From Camelus ferus (lineage: Eukaryota): a stretch of 64,000 nt of DNA. The notes under the pieces were generated by a model. The model was not told the DNA's origin. It did no database searches and was given only the letters and a program-made list of their open reading frames with translations. Numbering within the stretch: position 1 is the first letter of the stretch; each line of letters opens with the position of its first letter. Positions 1 to 14,236 of the stretch are shown in pieces. The translations under genes and the position numbers were made by a program. Location of the stretch: the NCBI RefSeq assembly GCF_009834535.1, contig NC_045696.1, positions 11,658,001 through 11,722,000 on the forward strand, given 5' to 3'.

Positions 1-2355
1 AAATCTCCCAAATCTTATCTTCATTTTACAAACTGTTGAGTGCCTGCTCAGCTGCAAACCCCTGTTCTGAATACAATGGCATTACTACTGAGGATCTCTG
101 TCTCCTAGGAACCTAAACTAATAGAGGACACAAAACTTTGACAGGTAACTAATATGTGATGGAACAGCTTCCTTTGGGGCCCTTATAAACTGCTGTAAGA
201 TGGCCTTTGGGAGGGGTCAGACTTGAGAGAAGAAGTGTCAGTTTCAGGATTTCCAAAGATGTAGGAGAAGTGATTCAAGGGCAACAGTGGTGAGAAATAA
301 GGAACATTAGTTTGACTCCAGAGGCTGCTGGGAAGTAAGGATGGTTAAAGTAGTTTGGGGACCTGACAAGTTTCATGTCTGTCTAATGTGTTTGAAATCT
401 TTTTTTTTTTAAGGCTATGGATAAAGTTTTAAGTAGTGGAGTGATATAATCAAAATGCTGCTTGATTTGTAGTATGTTTTATAGAAGGCAGAGATTTGGG
501 GAAATTTGACAGATTGGGGACTGAGATAGGAGAAAAGTAGAATCTGAACTTGGCATGTCCATAGAGGGAATAGAGAGGAGGGGAAGGATGTAGACCGGAA
601 GGATATATAGTCCTGACATCTGCTAGGTTTTTTGCCCTTTTGCCCCTACATTCTAAGTGCTGGGAGAGTGATGATGCCATTAACATGTCAAGCAGTTGTC
701 AAAAGTATATTTAGTAAAGGGGAAAATGTTTGGTTTTTGAACAGGTTGATTGGAGTGAAACAGTAATGCAGAAGTTTTTGGCAAGCAGCTGGTCATGTAG
801 GACTCAAACTTGGACACAAGCAAGAGATGGAGGAGACATGGGGAGTCACTCTCAGATGTGTGGTGGAGAAAATTGAGAGGGGGAGAGAAAAGGAATTAAT
901 ATTTAATAAGCATCGATAGCATGACAGGCACTTTATGTATACATATCTAATATAATACTCCCACAGCCTTGCAGAGACATCCATTTATAGATGAGGAAAC
1001 TGATTTTCAAAGAAGTTAGATAAAAATTCGCCCAAGGGCATACTACTAGCAGAACTGAGATTTTAATGCAGATGATTCCATCTTAATTACTGCCTGAAGA
1101 TAATATTCTTTATAATACCAGAGGAGTGGTCATGGGTTAAGACTTAAGAAAAAGGCCACTAACTTTTTTGAGGGTAATGGGATCTGTAGTTTAAGATTGA
1201 ATAGTGCTGGGAGAGATAAGAAAATAAGTAGCAAATGTAGATGTTTTTTGTTGTGTGGTTTGGGATTTTTTGGTTTGTTTGTTTGCTTTTTTTAAGAAGT
1301 TTGCTTGTGAGAAATTGAAAGGAAAAGTTGCTTCAAGGATGAATGGAAGGAAGACCAATTAATGGTGTACTAAGCACTGGTGGTAGGCCTTTCGTATGTT
1401 TATATAGTGTATATATAAGGTCTTAACCTAAATAGTGTTCAAGCTCTAGTCTCTATTAGGTGTAGAAGTTTGAGCATGTTGAAGGAGTTGTGCAGAAAAA
1501 CATAGTTTAAAGCAGTAACAGGCAAAATTGTGGATGAGAGGAAAGGAACAGATCAGAAGCATAGTTGTAAAAGGTCAGTATATTCCTGATACAGAAAGGA
1601 AGGAAGATTAAAATAGGTGAGGTTATTAAAGACATTTTGATAGGACTTTTATGGCAAGACACTGTGTTCAGTGTTGTAAAAGATGAAAAGATGAGTGAAA
1701 AAAATCAGTGCTTACTTAATTGTGTTCCATGTTTATACACAACCTAATGTGAAGAGTTTAGTATTTCATGTGTTGAATGGATAAAGGTTATAGATTGGGG
1801 TTTTTTTTAATCCAGTGATTGCAGTGTTAGCCTCTAAATCAGTCCTCTAAATCCAAAAGAATCTCTCTCCCACCTTTTTTTGCAACATCTATGATTTTAA
1901 GACGTTTAATTAAAGTACAAGAAAAGTGCAAAGAAAATATAACAAGAATTGACAGTTGTTATTATTTTGTTTTTATTTTAAAAAATAAAATATTATAAAG
2001 TCCTCCTTCCCTCTTATCTCCAGTTCTTTTCCCACCCCTCCACCTACCCCAGTCAGAAACAATCAAATCATGAATTTAGTATCAATCTTTGTGGTCTATA
2101 TACTATATATATAATAGTCTGTTTTGATACACGTGTGTATATTGTACATATTCTGCAATGTGGTTTTTTGCTTAAACATTATTAATACTATATATTATGT
2201 TTTAGTTCTTTCTGACTGCTGTGTAGTTATGTTATCATTTGAATAAATCTTATTTATGTGGTTCCCTAGCTGATGAACATTTGTTTCTCACTTGTTGCTG
2301 ACAAACACTGCAGTGAACTTTCTCAAACATGTCTCTGTGTAAGTTTCTCTAGGAC

Positions 2356-2819
2356 AGCTGTTCTCAAACTTTTTGAATTTTGACTCCTTTAAACTCTTAA
2401 AGACCACAGAGAGCTTTTGTGTCCATAGGTTATATCTATTGATACTTAGCATATCAGAAATTTAAACTGAGAAATGTATTTATTAAAAGTAATAAATCCA
2501 TTACATGTTAACATAAATAAGATTTTTAATGAAAAACAGCATTTCCAAAACAAAAATTAGAAGAATGACATGATTTTATATTTTTGCAAATCTCATTTAA
2601 ACTGGTTTAATAAAACCTGGATTCTTGTACTTCCTTCTTCATTCAGTCTTTTGTATTTACACACATCAGGTAGCCTCTAGAAAAGTCTGCTGTATACTTG
2701 TGAGAAAATGAATGAAAAGGGCAAGAAATGTCTTTATGAAAACAGTTTTTACCTCACAGACCACTAAAAGGAACTCAGGCCCCCCAGGGATCCTGGAATT
2801 ATTTTTTGAGAGCCACAGC
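2356..2819. mobile_element. Degenerate non-autonomous hAT-type DNA transposon
   Basis: Ends cagctgttctcaaactttt ... ttttgagagccacag resemble hAT terminal inverted repeats. Confidence 0.5.
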
Positions 2820-3831
2820 TTTGAGGTGGTGTGCTTATGGATAAGCTAGTTTGAGGGGAAGGAAGGAAGAAAATATAAGTACTTTTATATTTGTCTTTAT
2901 CTTTAAAATCAGGCAGAAATTAAGCTTTATGAGTACTTTGTATGAATTGATGTTGCTACTCTTACCCACTTGGGCTGTCAACCTTGAACCTTGTTATCCT
3001 GAAGGAAGAATTGAGTTCCACATCTTATTGGGGAGCTTGCCACCCTTCCTATTCCCACTGGAATTGTGCTGTATGGACTATTGCATATTTCACTTATTGA
3101 TTACTAGGTGTAATTGTCTTCTAGAATTTAGATCATATGATGAGGGTAATTTTTTTTTTTTAGCCTGTAATGTTAATCTCGTTATTTTTGATCATTCCTT
3201 CCTTTGAGAGGTCTATCGAAATAAGTGGACAAAGAGTTGAAACAAGGTTCTCACTATGTGGAAGAGATGTAGAGGACCAGGGCAACAGTTGAAGTAAAAT
3301 TGGCCATGTTACACTATTAATCACAGAAGTTCAGAATATTAAAAGTTAGTTATAGTTTTATTCCTTTGCTTTTGACTCTCAGAGAATTGCTTATTTCCAA
3401 AAACAGCAGAGAGCTGGCTTTATGGTGAGTGGAATAAAGCTGACTTTTCAAGGGTTTCTTTAGCAGGATTTATCACTGATGTTCTTGTTGAAAGTATCCC
3501 TCTTCCTGGTCTATCATTTTGTTTAGTTTTTTTTTTTTTTTTTTTTTTCTCAGAAAAAGTTACATACACGTATAATAAGGAATGATTCAGAGAAAAACTA
3601 GAATAATGGAAAAGTTGGCTTGTAAATTTTTGTGAAACAATTCAGGAGACAAAAGTACCTAATAAACAGCTGACCCAAAAAAGTTGACAAAATGGTAGTT
3701 GGTTTTTGTATATGTGTGTTTTTGTGGGAGTGTTTTGTTGGTGGCAGTGGTTTTTACCAAGTACAAGTTATAGGTTGCTCTGCTCTACCATGGATCTCGA
3801 GTGAATATAATTTACCTAGCATTTCAGGAAA

Positions 3832-4248
3832 TTTTTTTTTTTAAGTATAGTTGATTTACAATATTGTGTTAGTTCAGTTGTACAGCATAGTGATTTCAGG
3901 GTTTTTTTTGCAGGTTATATTCCATTTTATGTTATTACAATATACTGGATATAATTCCCTGTGCTATATAGTGAAACCTTGTTGCTTATATTTTATGTAT
4001 AGTAGTCTGTATCTGTTAATCCTTTATTCCTCAGTTGTTCACCACCCCCTACCCCCTTGGTAATTATAAGTTTGTTTTCTATATCTGAGTCTGTTTCTGT
4101 TTTGTATATAGATTCATTTGTATTTTAGATTTCACATAAGTGGTATCATATGATATCTTTCTCTGATTTGTTTCACTAAACATTCGTTAGGTTCACCCGT
4201 GTTGCTGCAAAGGGCAATATTTCATTTGTTATGGCTGATTAACATTCC

Positions 4249-4286
<38 letters not shown>

Positions 4287-4810
4287 AATATATGTGTGTG
4301 TGTGTGTGTGTGTCACATTCTTAAGTGAGTCATCTGTTGATAGGCACTTGGGTTGTTTCCATGTCTTGGCTATTGTAAACAGTGCTGCTAGGAACACAGG
4401 GGTGCATGTATCTTTTCAAATTAAAATTTTCATTTTTTCTGGATATATACCCAGGAGTGGAGTTGCTGGATCATTTGGTGGTTCTATTTTAGATTTTTAA
4501 GGAACCTTTATACTGTTTTCCATAGTGGCTCCACCACTTTACGTTCCCGCCAACAGTGTGCGGGGGGGTCCCATTTGTCCATATTCTTTCCAGCATTTAT
4601 TATTTGTAGACTTGTTGATGATAGCCATTCTGACCAGTGTGAGGTAATACCTCATTGTAGTTTTGATTTGCATTTCTCTAATAATTAGTGTTGTTGAGCA
4701 TCTTTTCATGTGCCTGTTAGACATCTGTATGTCTTTGGAAAAATGTCTATTTAGGTTTCTGCCATTTTTTGATTGGGATGTTTGTTTTTTTAATATTGAG
4801 TTGTATATCA
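3832..4810 (-). mobile_element. LINE-1 3' fragment (ORF2 C-terminus, 3'UTR, A-tail), antisense to SCAF4
   Basis: ORF 4539-4811 reads [40 protein letters not shown] (L1 ORF2 C-terminal region); poly-T at 3832. Confidence 0.9.
4251..4312. repeat. Interrupted (TG)16...(TG)10 microsatellite inside the L1
   Basis: Direct reading. Confidence 0.95.
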
Positions 4811-6462
4811 AGTAACTTTTCTATGCATGTCTGTACATATTCAAAACATTTAAAAGGTCCCTTGATAACATGATAGGGAAAAGGTTGTTACATAAATGAT
4901 GAACCTCTAGTGTTATTGATAACATTTTTTGAAATAATATGCCGAATCTTTTTTTTTTAAGCATACCTCAGAGCAACAGCATACAACTTTAATGATAAGC
5001 TAAAAACACGTGTACTGTGTTATCAGGTAGTGTATAGAATAAGCTTACCTATTAACAGTTGAAGTTTTGGTAGAGTTGGTAATTGTTAAATTTGTATTAA
5101 TCAGGCTTTATCAAGATCTGTTGAGGAACTTAATCTAGAAGAGACACGTCTACCTTTCTGTGTTAATATTAAGTGTAATTAACAATGTATTGTCATGATT
5201 TTTTTTTGAGAACTAGATTTTCCAAGCAATATTATAATTTATTATGCTCCTGTCACCTTCATTCTTTTCAGTATTTGCATGGTTTAATGATTACATTTCA
5301 TTGCTTTATAGTTAGCTCTTTATTGGTGCTTGTGAAGTCATAGATTAAATACTTAGAAACTTTGAATACAAATGAAGTATTGTACAGGTTAGCAGTGAAT
5401 TCAGCAAGAAATTCAGTGTAACTCTAGAGTGGAGTTAAGAATTAGAAGCCAAGGCTTAGAGGAAGAAAAGTAGCAGAGCTCAGTGAAAGGTGAAAGGCCA
5501 TCCGAGTACCTCTTGAAAGTGATAATTTCTGTTTGGATAATTTGTGATTTTTGGTATAAATCCATGTGGGTCAGTTGGAAGAGACCATAGAGCAGTAGTG
5601 TACCTAGCATATTCGACACCCAGAACAGAACGGTTTCTTTCCTTTTTTAAACACACTCCTTATTCTACAACAAAATTATTTTCAGAAATAATCATGAAAT
5701 TGACCAAGAAAGAAATTTGAACTTTATACCATTTACACATAAATATTACAACAGAGAGTAGAAGTTGGTTAATATATTTAAATTTCATAAATACTTTTTA
5801 AAATAAAAGTAGAAAATCTTATCTATGTACTGGTCTGTCACAATAATGAATAGTAATATTCTGGTTTCTTTTTAAGCCTTAACTTCTGCATATTTGTCAA
5901 TGACTGTCACAGTTGATTTTCACGTATTTGAGTTCAGTAGACAGTTATGGTCAGATTTAACAATCTTATCTTCCCCCATAATTGATTGAAAAACACTTCT
6001 CATTAATTCTAATTACAAAAAGTTGTACATAAAGCAGCAGATATACAGATAGTTGGAAAGTCTTAAACATAAGGTTACTTCGGCAGAAATTTAGAAAAAG
6101 TTCACTTCACAGTAAATTCTAGAAATCACAATGCTATCCATGTCTTTTCAGGATTGATTCTAGTGACTTTCAAATGTCCTCTGGGACAAAAAAAATTTCA
6201 CTAAAGTGTTTTCACTCGAAATTTCAATATAGGTTTCTATTATATTTGATAAACATTTTTGAAATTATGTGTAAATGTTCACTTCCTTATATTTTGTTGA
6301 ACAGTAATGGCAATCTCTGTAATTTTTGTTCATGGATCTTCAAGCTTCGTGTTCCTTTGTTAAAGGCTGATTCTGGCTGTTTGTAAATATTTATACCAGA
6401 AAAAAGATATGTCAGGAAAGAAGAATTGCACACAGCTATCATACTTTAAGTGCACTGTTTAA

Positions 6463-6464
<2 letters not shown>

Positions 6465-6495
<31 letters not shown>
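6465..6495. repeat. (GT)15 microsatellite
   Basis: Direct reading. Confidence 0.95.
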
Positions 6496-6497
<2 letters not shown>

Positions 6498-7339
6498 CCA
6501 CAGAATTGGAGACATAAACTGAGCCTGAGGAGGGTGCAGGCTATCCTGAACCTCTTTGTAGTGATTCTCCAAATGAACAGGTGTAGTGAATTTGCATGTT
6601 TTGCACATTGACCACATAACTGGAGGGTTTTCTAATGAATTTCCACTTAGAATAGATTGCTTATTAAAAGATACATGATAAAAATATACAGATTTGATGC
6701 TTATATATTAAAACTCATCAATAACCACAGCAGTAGTTTAAAACTTAAGAATCTTGGTCAACAAAATATTTTAGGGGAAGGAATGTTTTATCCCTGATAC
6801 TTAGAATTGATGGTGTTTGATGATAAAAGAATTCTCAGTTTTATTATTGTATGTAGAGTTTTTAGAGACCCACTTTTTGCTTTCCGCTGGGTGGACTTCC
6901 ATTGCCCCACTCTAGGTGTGTTATTACGTTGAAGAGCAATGGTTAAGCAACCCCATAATCTGTAAATCTCCCTCTGCAATATCTCCGTTATATCTTTATG
7001 TACATTATCATGACTGTTCCACTTTATTTTCTCCTTTTGTCAGAGCTTAGTTTTAGCTGATGTCGAATTATAATGCCCTGCTTAAAGGAAACCTATAATA
7101 TGGAAATTTTTGGTAATATGGCTTTTAAGCCTTTAGGAAATGGTAAAATACTCTTTAAATTTTTATGGTCATATATTACCTAGTTCACCTTAATTAAGAG
7201 AGAGACGCTAAATGATAAATCACTTTGGAAAGAACAGCCAAGTTTGGAGTTCAATTGGAGATACGTTCAAATCCATAAAGACCTTAACCATTGTTTAATA
7301 AATCTAAGAGCATATTTTATAAGTTAGAGGTGGGTTTTG

Positions 7340-7590
7340 GATATATGAAATACCCAAAATAGGCACATCCATAGAGATAGAAAGTAGATTATTAGTTGAG
7401 GGATGGGGAAGGAATGGGAAGTGACTGCTAATGGATATGGAATTTCTTTGAGATGTGATGAAAATTTTCTAAAATTAGTGTTTATGGTTGTATAACTATA
7501 TGAATATAGTAAAAACCACTAAACTGTACACTTTAAATGAGTGAGTTTTATGGTATAGGAATTACAGCTCAAAGCTGTTTAAAGAAAAAG
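7340..7590 (+). mobile_element. Old L1M 3'-end fragment
   Basis: aataggcacatccatagagatagaaagtagatt...ctgtacactttaaatgagtgagttttatggtat, typical L1M 3'UTR. Confidence 0.75.
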
Positions 7591-10500
7591 GCAAAAAAGT
7601 CTGGTTTTAACACCATTTTTATTGTTTTGTTGCTTGATCTGATTTTTCTGTCAGTTTGGAAACAATATCTATTAGCTGCTGAGGGGCTCTGTAAATTATT
7701 TTGTTGATCCTGAATCCTAAGTTTGTTCAAAGGATATCTTTAGTTTTTACATGCTATTTTAAGAAGTAATCCAGGGGAGACAGTTCAAGGGAAGGACAGG
7801 AAAGGAATCCTGCATTTGCTCATTAAATACTAACCAGATACCAGGTTAAGGGTTAGGTGTTTTATATATGTCTTTACATAAACTGGAGGGGTGTTGTCAT
7901 TTGTCCAAGGTCACACGGTGTAGAAATGGCAGTTCTGAGATTTGGCTGAGTACTGTCAGAGGCTGCCTAAGCCCAGTCCACACCCCCATGTGGCTGTAAT
8001 GAAGTTTTGTGAGCAGCCAGTCTTTGTCTACTATACTGCTTATGAAGGGAGAGTGCTCCCTAAACAACTTTTGTATATTTGAAGCATGGTGGCAGGTGCA
8101 CTATAATGTGTACTTGGGAATGAATTTGCCACAGTTTAAGAATAATAAAGTTTGGTAAGTTTGTGACTCATCCCTAGTAGTAGAATAGATGCAATCAGTG
8201 TTTAAAACTTAAGATACGCTTTTATAGGCATTTATATTTCATTTGCTAATTAATATTCACACTTAAAATTTTAAAATTGATTAGAGACTTTATAAATGTT
8301 GACATTTTCCATTTTAATCCCATGCTTGTGTATAGATCTAGTCATTACAACTTTGTGGGGAGAAAAATAGATATAGATAAAATACACAATGTATGGGATA
8401 ATTTTTTTTCTTCTAATCAAATGATTTTATATCCTGGAACCAGTTTTTATTTCTTCAGTTAAAGTCTAGGAGGAACTATTTAATTCATGAAAATTTTTTA
8501 TGGCCAACTTTGGGCAGACACAAAGTTTACTTAAATGAGACATAATAAAAGCATTTCTGAAACCTGTGTCCTATGCTAGTAAAGTAGAGCAATGGCATGG
8601 ATAAAATATTTGGCATTTCCTAAAATCACATCCTGCCCTATTTCTTGAGCAAGGGAAAACGAAAGAATTGAAGGTTGATTGTAGTTGTTAACCAAAAGGG
8701 AGGTGAGGAATAGAAAATGACCTGTTGTAATAAGTGGAACTGAAGGATTTAAAAGCCCTGATGAGAGAGGCAGCCTGGCTTCTAAAGTGAAAAGTTTTGA
8801 GTGAAGGATAGACCTCTGGAAATTGTAAGGGAGTTAGTCTTAGGTGAAGAATAAATTAGGGCATACTTTATAGAATGAGTCGTCAGAAATTAGAAAAGTA
8901 GTTCTGCTGGCAGCAAATGGTAACAGAACTAGGGGCTGGTGACATAAATAAAAAGTGTGAAATAATGCAGATGACGTTTAAACTACTGTTTGCTGTATTA
9001 TTATATTCTGTTTTCTTAATTTTCTTAATGCACATAGAAACATAAGTAGTTAATTTGAAAGTAATTTCATCCATAATAGTAACAGTTCATATTTGCACTT
9101 ATGTGTTTTGTAAAGCATTTTCTAGAACTAGGAGGAAAGTTGGCGCATTTGTGGGAAAATGTAGTAAGGTAAAGAAATGTAGGAAGAAGTAGGTATGAAA
9201 ATTTTAAAAACTCCTGTCTTAGGGATATTTTGTATTAATGCCAGGTCTGTCTTGTCTCTATAAATTCCTCTAAGCAAGTGGAAAATTGTTTAAACATTTG
9301 GGTTTCAAAGGATTTGACTCTCTGGAAAGTTAACAGAATTAACATGGGAGTAAATTATATATCAGTAGTTAAAGGGATGCTTTCTTTAATGCACAGATGT
9401 CAAAAAATATATTTAAGACTGTAATTTCTTAAGATTTGGATTTTATATGCACAAAGGCTTCAGTTATAAAGATTTTAAAGGGCAAAATTTTATATTTTTA
9501 AAATTTTGTTGTAGTAATTTTGAAAAGGTGTATTAAAGATTTTCAAGCCATTGATTTAAACGTAACTATTAACTTCAAAGACAAGATTTACTCCATGGAC
9601 AAATTGTGTCTGATAATAACGATTCTACTTATTTATTATATTTAAAATCAAGTTGGAGAAATGCATTTTTGTGTCTCAGACACAAAGTTTTCCATTTTTA
9701 ATCCATGAATTTTATTTTTTTCGTTTTAAAATCAATGCAAATTAGGTAAATTTAAATTAAAAAACAAAGAAAATATCCCACCTAATACCATTAACATTTT
9801 AGAGTGTTTCAGTCTTTTTTTCCCCTCCACTTGTGTTTGAAAATTTTATATGTGGTTACCAGATCTTTTCAGTAACTTATTAACGTATTAATATAACATA
9901 TTAAATGCCCAGTATTAAGAAATTAGTTGAAACAAACCTTATGTAAAGTATATGTAGAGGTGTAAAACGGAATGTCAGGTAAAAAGGGACTGTAAACTAT
10001 CCCTTATCTAATTGTTCTAGCAGTAAGCATTTTATGGAGCTGTCCTCAGTCTATATAATTAGATGGACAAAGCATCTTTGCAAAGAAAATAATTTTAAAA
10101 GTTTTTTTCTAATTATTATTAAACTTAACATGTATTCTTATAAAGTATATGTTACCAATAAACATTTAAGTTACGTTGGCTTTAACTCTTGATTTGTTTG
10201 AAGCCAGTGTATCAGATTTGTTGAATCAAATGAATGAAAGAGGAGGAAAGCTTGTAGAATTAAACAATTTTGTATCTGAGTCTGTCAGAACAGAGATTTG
10301 AGTACCAGCCTGTCACTGTGAGTGTATTTCCTTTTGGAAGCATCCATATTTTTTTCTTTATATTAAACTTTACAATTTTTAACAGGCACTTAAGATAAAA
10401 TTTGTCATTTTGGGCATCATAATAGCAAAGGAAGGAATACTGGATGTGATCAATTTAATTCATTATGAAATAAATTTAAAGAAAGCAAATACTTAAAAGT

Positions 10501-11084
10501 TTAAGTTTAAGGGGAAAAGGTGGGGGATAATAAGTATCCCATTGAAAGAGATTCTGTCGAAAGATTTCTAGTCACTAGAAGCCAGAAGAGATTCACTAAT
10601 AATTAATAACAGATCAGATTAAACTTTTTTCTTCTGTGAAGTGTACTTCCTCTAGTGAGGACTCTAAACCAAGTATTTCAGAAAGATATTTACCATGATT
10701 TCGTCATGAATAAATTAGAAGACTGTAGACAGGATGAGAGTATTGTTAAGTGATTGTTAGCCGACTGGTAGGGCTCAAGAAATAGCAGATAAGGTCATCC
10801 TACAAGTGGGTCCTGTTTTTTTTAATTTTTAAGAAAACCATTGTATTGGAGGAAGCCATATAAAGTAGGTTTATGAAATTTACAAGCTGACTGGAGTAGC
10901 TGCTACCTCAAATAGCAGAAAATGATTTCCAGACTACCTACGCAGATTGAAAGGACTGTCAGAAACAAATGTAAAGTCAACATAAAGATCTAGTTTTGAT
11001 AGAGATTCCAGTGCGGGTCTCAGTTGATTATAAATGTGAGTTAATAATGAATTAAGCACTATTTTTTTTAAATAATGAATGATC

Positions 11085-11494
11085 TCCCACCCACCCATGT
11101 CCATCGTCTGAATCCTAGAACGTGTTATTAAGTTAAGGGTCTTGATTTGGGTTAATTATCCTAAATTATCCAGATGAACCCAATATAACCTGCAGGGTCC
11201 TTATATGAGAGAGGCAGGAGAGGAAGTGATATGACAGTTTAAGCAGAGGTTAGGAAAAAGATGCTATGCTGCCAGCTTTGAAGATGGAAGAGGCAGCCAT
11301 GAGCCAAAGGAATTTAGGCACCCTGTAGAAGCTGGGAAAGGCAAGAAATAGATTTTTGACTTAGAGCACCCAGAAGGAAGGCAGTCCTACCAACACTTTG
11401 ATTTCATACTAGTGAGATTCTAACCTCCAAAAGTGTTGTTTTAAGCTACTGAGTTTGTGGTAATGTGTTCCTGCAGAAATAGGAAACTGATGCA
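11085..11494 (+). mobile_element. MLT1-type (ERVL-MaLR) solo LTR
   Basis: gaagctgggaaaggcaagaaatagatt...tgttgttttaagctactgagtttgtggtaat...aggaaactgatgca. Confidence 0.8.
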
Positions 11495-13561
11495 AAAGAC
11501 AATCCACTAGATTTCCACAGGAGCAGATCTGGACCCTGTTTATTTTGAGATATCATACTTAAAAGGTTTTAGCCAGGATAGTCAGATCTAGAAACCATAT
11601 CATTTGGCTAATATTCTAATATTGAAGAGAGAGGGAAACATGCTTAGTTATCTTTAAATATTATAAATATTTTATCACATGAGAAAGATCACTATTGTTA
11701 TGTGCTCCAGAGGCAGAACTGGAAGTAGGAGAGGGAAGGTTATCAGAAAGGAGATTGGGGGTCAGTACAGAGAAGACTGCTGGTAACCAGTGGAGCTGAT
11801 TAGTTGTGAGTTACTAAGCCTGTGTGACTGCATGGAATCTGGCAGATATATTGTGAAAGCAGTTCCGAATTTAGTAGAATACTGGTTTTGATACTAAGGT
11901 GCTATATAGCTTTAAAACTCTTTGATACTACTGTGTTTTCAATACAGAGAAGATTTCTGTACATGCAGCACTTGAATAATAAATGTAATACAAAAAAGAT
12001 AATTATGGTAAGCTGGCACAAATAATTAAAAACTCGGGGGGGTGGTATGTGTGTCAGAATTCCCAGGGCATTATATACCTCTGAGCCATTTGTATGTTAT
12101 CACGTACCAGGCTAAGAGATTTATATACATTCCTAATAACCTTATGAGGCGAAGTGAGTACGATTAATCCTCTTTCACAGATTTGAAAACTCCTTGAAAT
12201 TTAGAAAACGTGAACTAAACATCAAAGTTTATACTGTTAGTAAATAGCAGAGTATCATGTTACTTTGACTAACTACCAAACACTATGAATTCTACAGGTG
12301 TCATGGGCCAGATATGCTCATTCCTTATGTTGTCTTGAAGCTGTTCTTTATTGATGTAAGGGATCATGATGAGCAATTCTTCATAATTTTTAGAATACTT
12401 TGTGTATGAGGCATCCAGCAGAATAGTGTTCGTATTTAGACTTTCTAAAGTGACAGCAAAAAGACAAACTCAGGTCTGCTGCTGGCAAGTATGTTTTTCT
12501 TACTAAGACTTTCTAAGAAGGTTTTGTACCTTTTGAGGCCTACTGCTGCTATTATTTTCAGTAAGAGAATTGCATGGTTTCTCCGGCTGCTTTGACACAT
12601 TTGTTTTCATTGACAGATTACATTAATTGTGAATACAGAGCTGGAGTAGCGCAGAATACTGCAGCTAGTGACGTTTATGGAGCGCTTGTCCTGTTGCAGA
12701 TGACTAGTATATCATGCCATATACAAAAACTAGCAGTAGCATTTGACCCTTTCAGATACCTTTAATTTCCAGCATTTATCCTCATGTTCATTTGTCCATC
12801 CCCTTTCTCTGTACCACGCTGAAGTTTCTAGTATGCCCTAGTTAATTATATATTCTTGGTTCTCTTCTTACTCATCCTCATGGCTGTGATCCTGTGACCT
12901 TTCAGTTTCTAGCCCAGACACAGATCCATAGTCCAGTGTCTGCTGAAATCTCTGCCTGGATTTTCAGTAGGCATCCCAAATTAAATTCAGTATGTCTCAT
13001 CATTATCCCTGAATCAGTACAATGTAAATACAGACAGACACAGATGCCTGCTTGATATTTTGTCTGTATTCTCTGTCATAGTTAATGGTCTCTGCATGTG
13101 TTTAGTCAGTAATCAGCATTGTATAAGGAGATGAGTATGCTGTTAAGGATTGTGAGCTAATTTAAAATCAACAAATTCTAGTCCAGACCTATTCCTGAGC
13201 ATCATCCAAAACAGATATAACCCTTTTGAGTATCATCTCAAAAGAGGTGTAACAATCTGTTATTTATTAGTATGATTAAAGTAATGCACCAGCAAACTTA
13301 ATTCTTCCTTATTCATAAGTGCTCAGTATAGGTTTTCTTCTCTTTTCCGAAGTTGTACTTTCTTTAATAGAATAAACACCCTTCCTCTGTCTCTTAGGTG
13401 ATCAGTTGAAGGCTTTCTTGCTGGTCTATTTCTTGAATGATGGTTATACTGCTATATGGTATAGTCTTTATTTTAATTTTTTAAGTAGATTATGATTTAA
13501 ATATAGACTGGAGTGTTTCATCAGAAGTTGCATTGGTCTGTCTGGTGTTGCTCAGTTGACT

Positions 13562-13602
<41 letters not shown>
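13562..13602. repeat. (TTG)13 microsatellite
   Basis: Direct reading. Confidence 0.95.
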
Positions 13603-13604
<2 letters not shown>

Positions 13605-14107
13605 ATACAGCAAGTTCATTACTGCTGAGATAATCAAGAAGTGCTATTTGGGACATTAAGTGAATATTAGCTCTGGCTTAGGCTTCATTAAAACACGATT
13701 CTCTAATGTTTTAATGGCCAGAGAAGTAGTCTTACTGTTGCTCATTCTTAAGATCATGTATAAACCTTTTTGCATCTCCTTTCTCTGCTTTTAGGTCCAG
13801 AGAAGGAAATAGAACAACAGTAATAAACAGCCATCTTAATAACTGTTATAACTGAGAAGTGGGCAGAATAAACCCTTTCATAAAATGTGTGCTGTATATT
13901 TCATGCAGTGTTGATTTTTTTTTAATTTGTATTGAAGTTGAAATATTTTAAATTTTCTTAGTTTCTCATTGGTTTGTATAATTTCAAAGATTACTATCTC
14001 CTCTCTAATAGTTTTTCAATTTCTGAGCATTTATTCTCAGGGAGAATTTTTATTATGTTGGTAAATTAAAGAATCATGACCATATTTATTTATATAATCC
14101 GTTTAAA

Positions 14108-14236
14108 TTTTTTTTGAGAAGGGGAGATAATTAGGTTTATCTATTACTTATTTATTTTAATAGAGGTACTGGGGATTAAACCCAGGACCCTGTGCATGCT
14201 AAGCACTCTACCACTGAGCTATATACCCTGCGCCCT
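14108..14236 (-). mobile_element. tRNA-derived SINE (camelid-type)
   Basis: Reverse complement has A-box TAGCTCAGTGGTAGAG, B-box-like GGGTTTAATCCCC and AAAT tail; ataatcc flanks both sides. Confidence 0.85.

Noticed and set aside
4294..4811. ORFs with recognisable protein-like sequence
   Set aside because: Decayed L1 ORF2 fragment and its antisense
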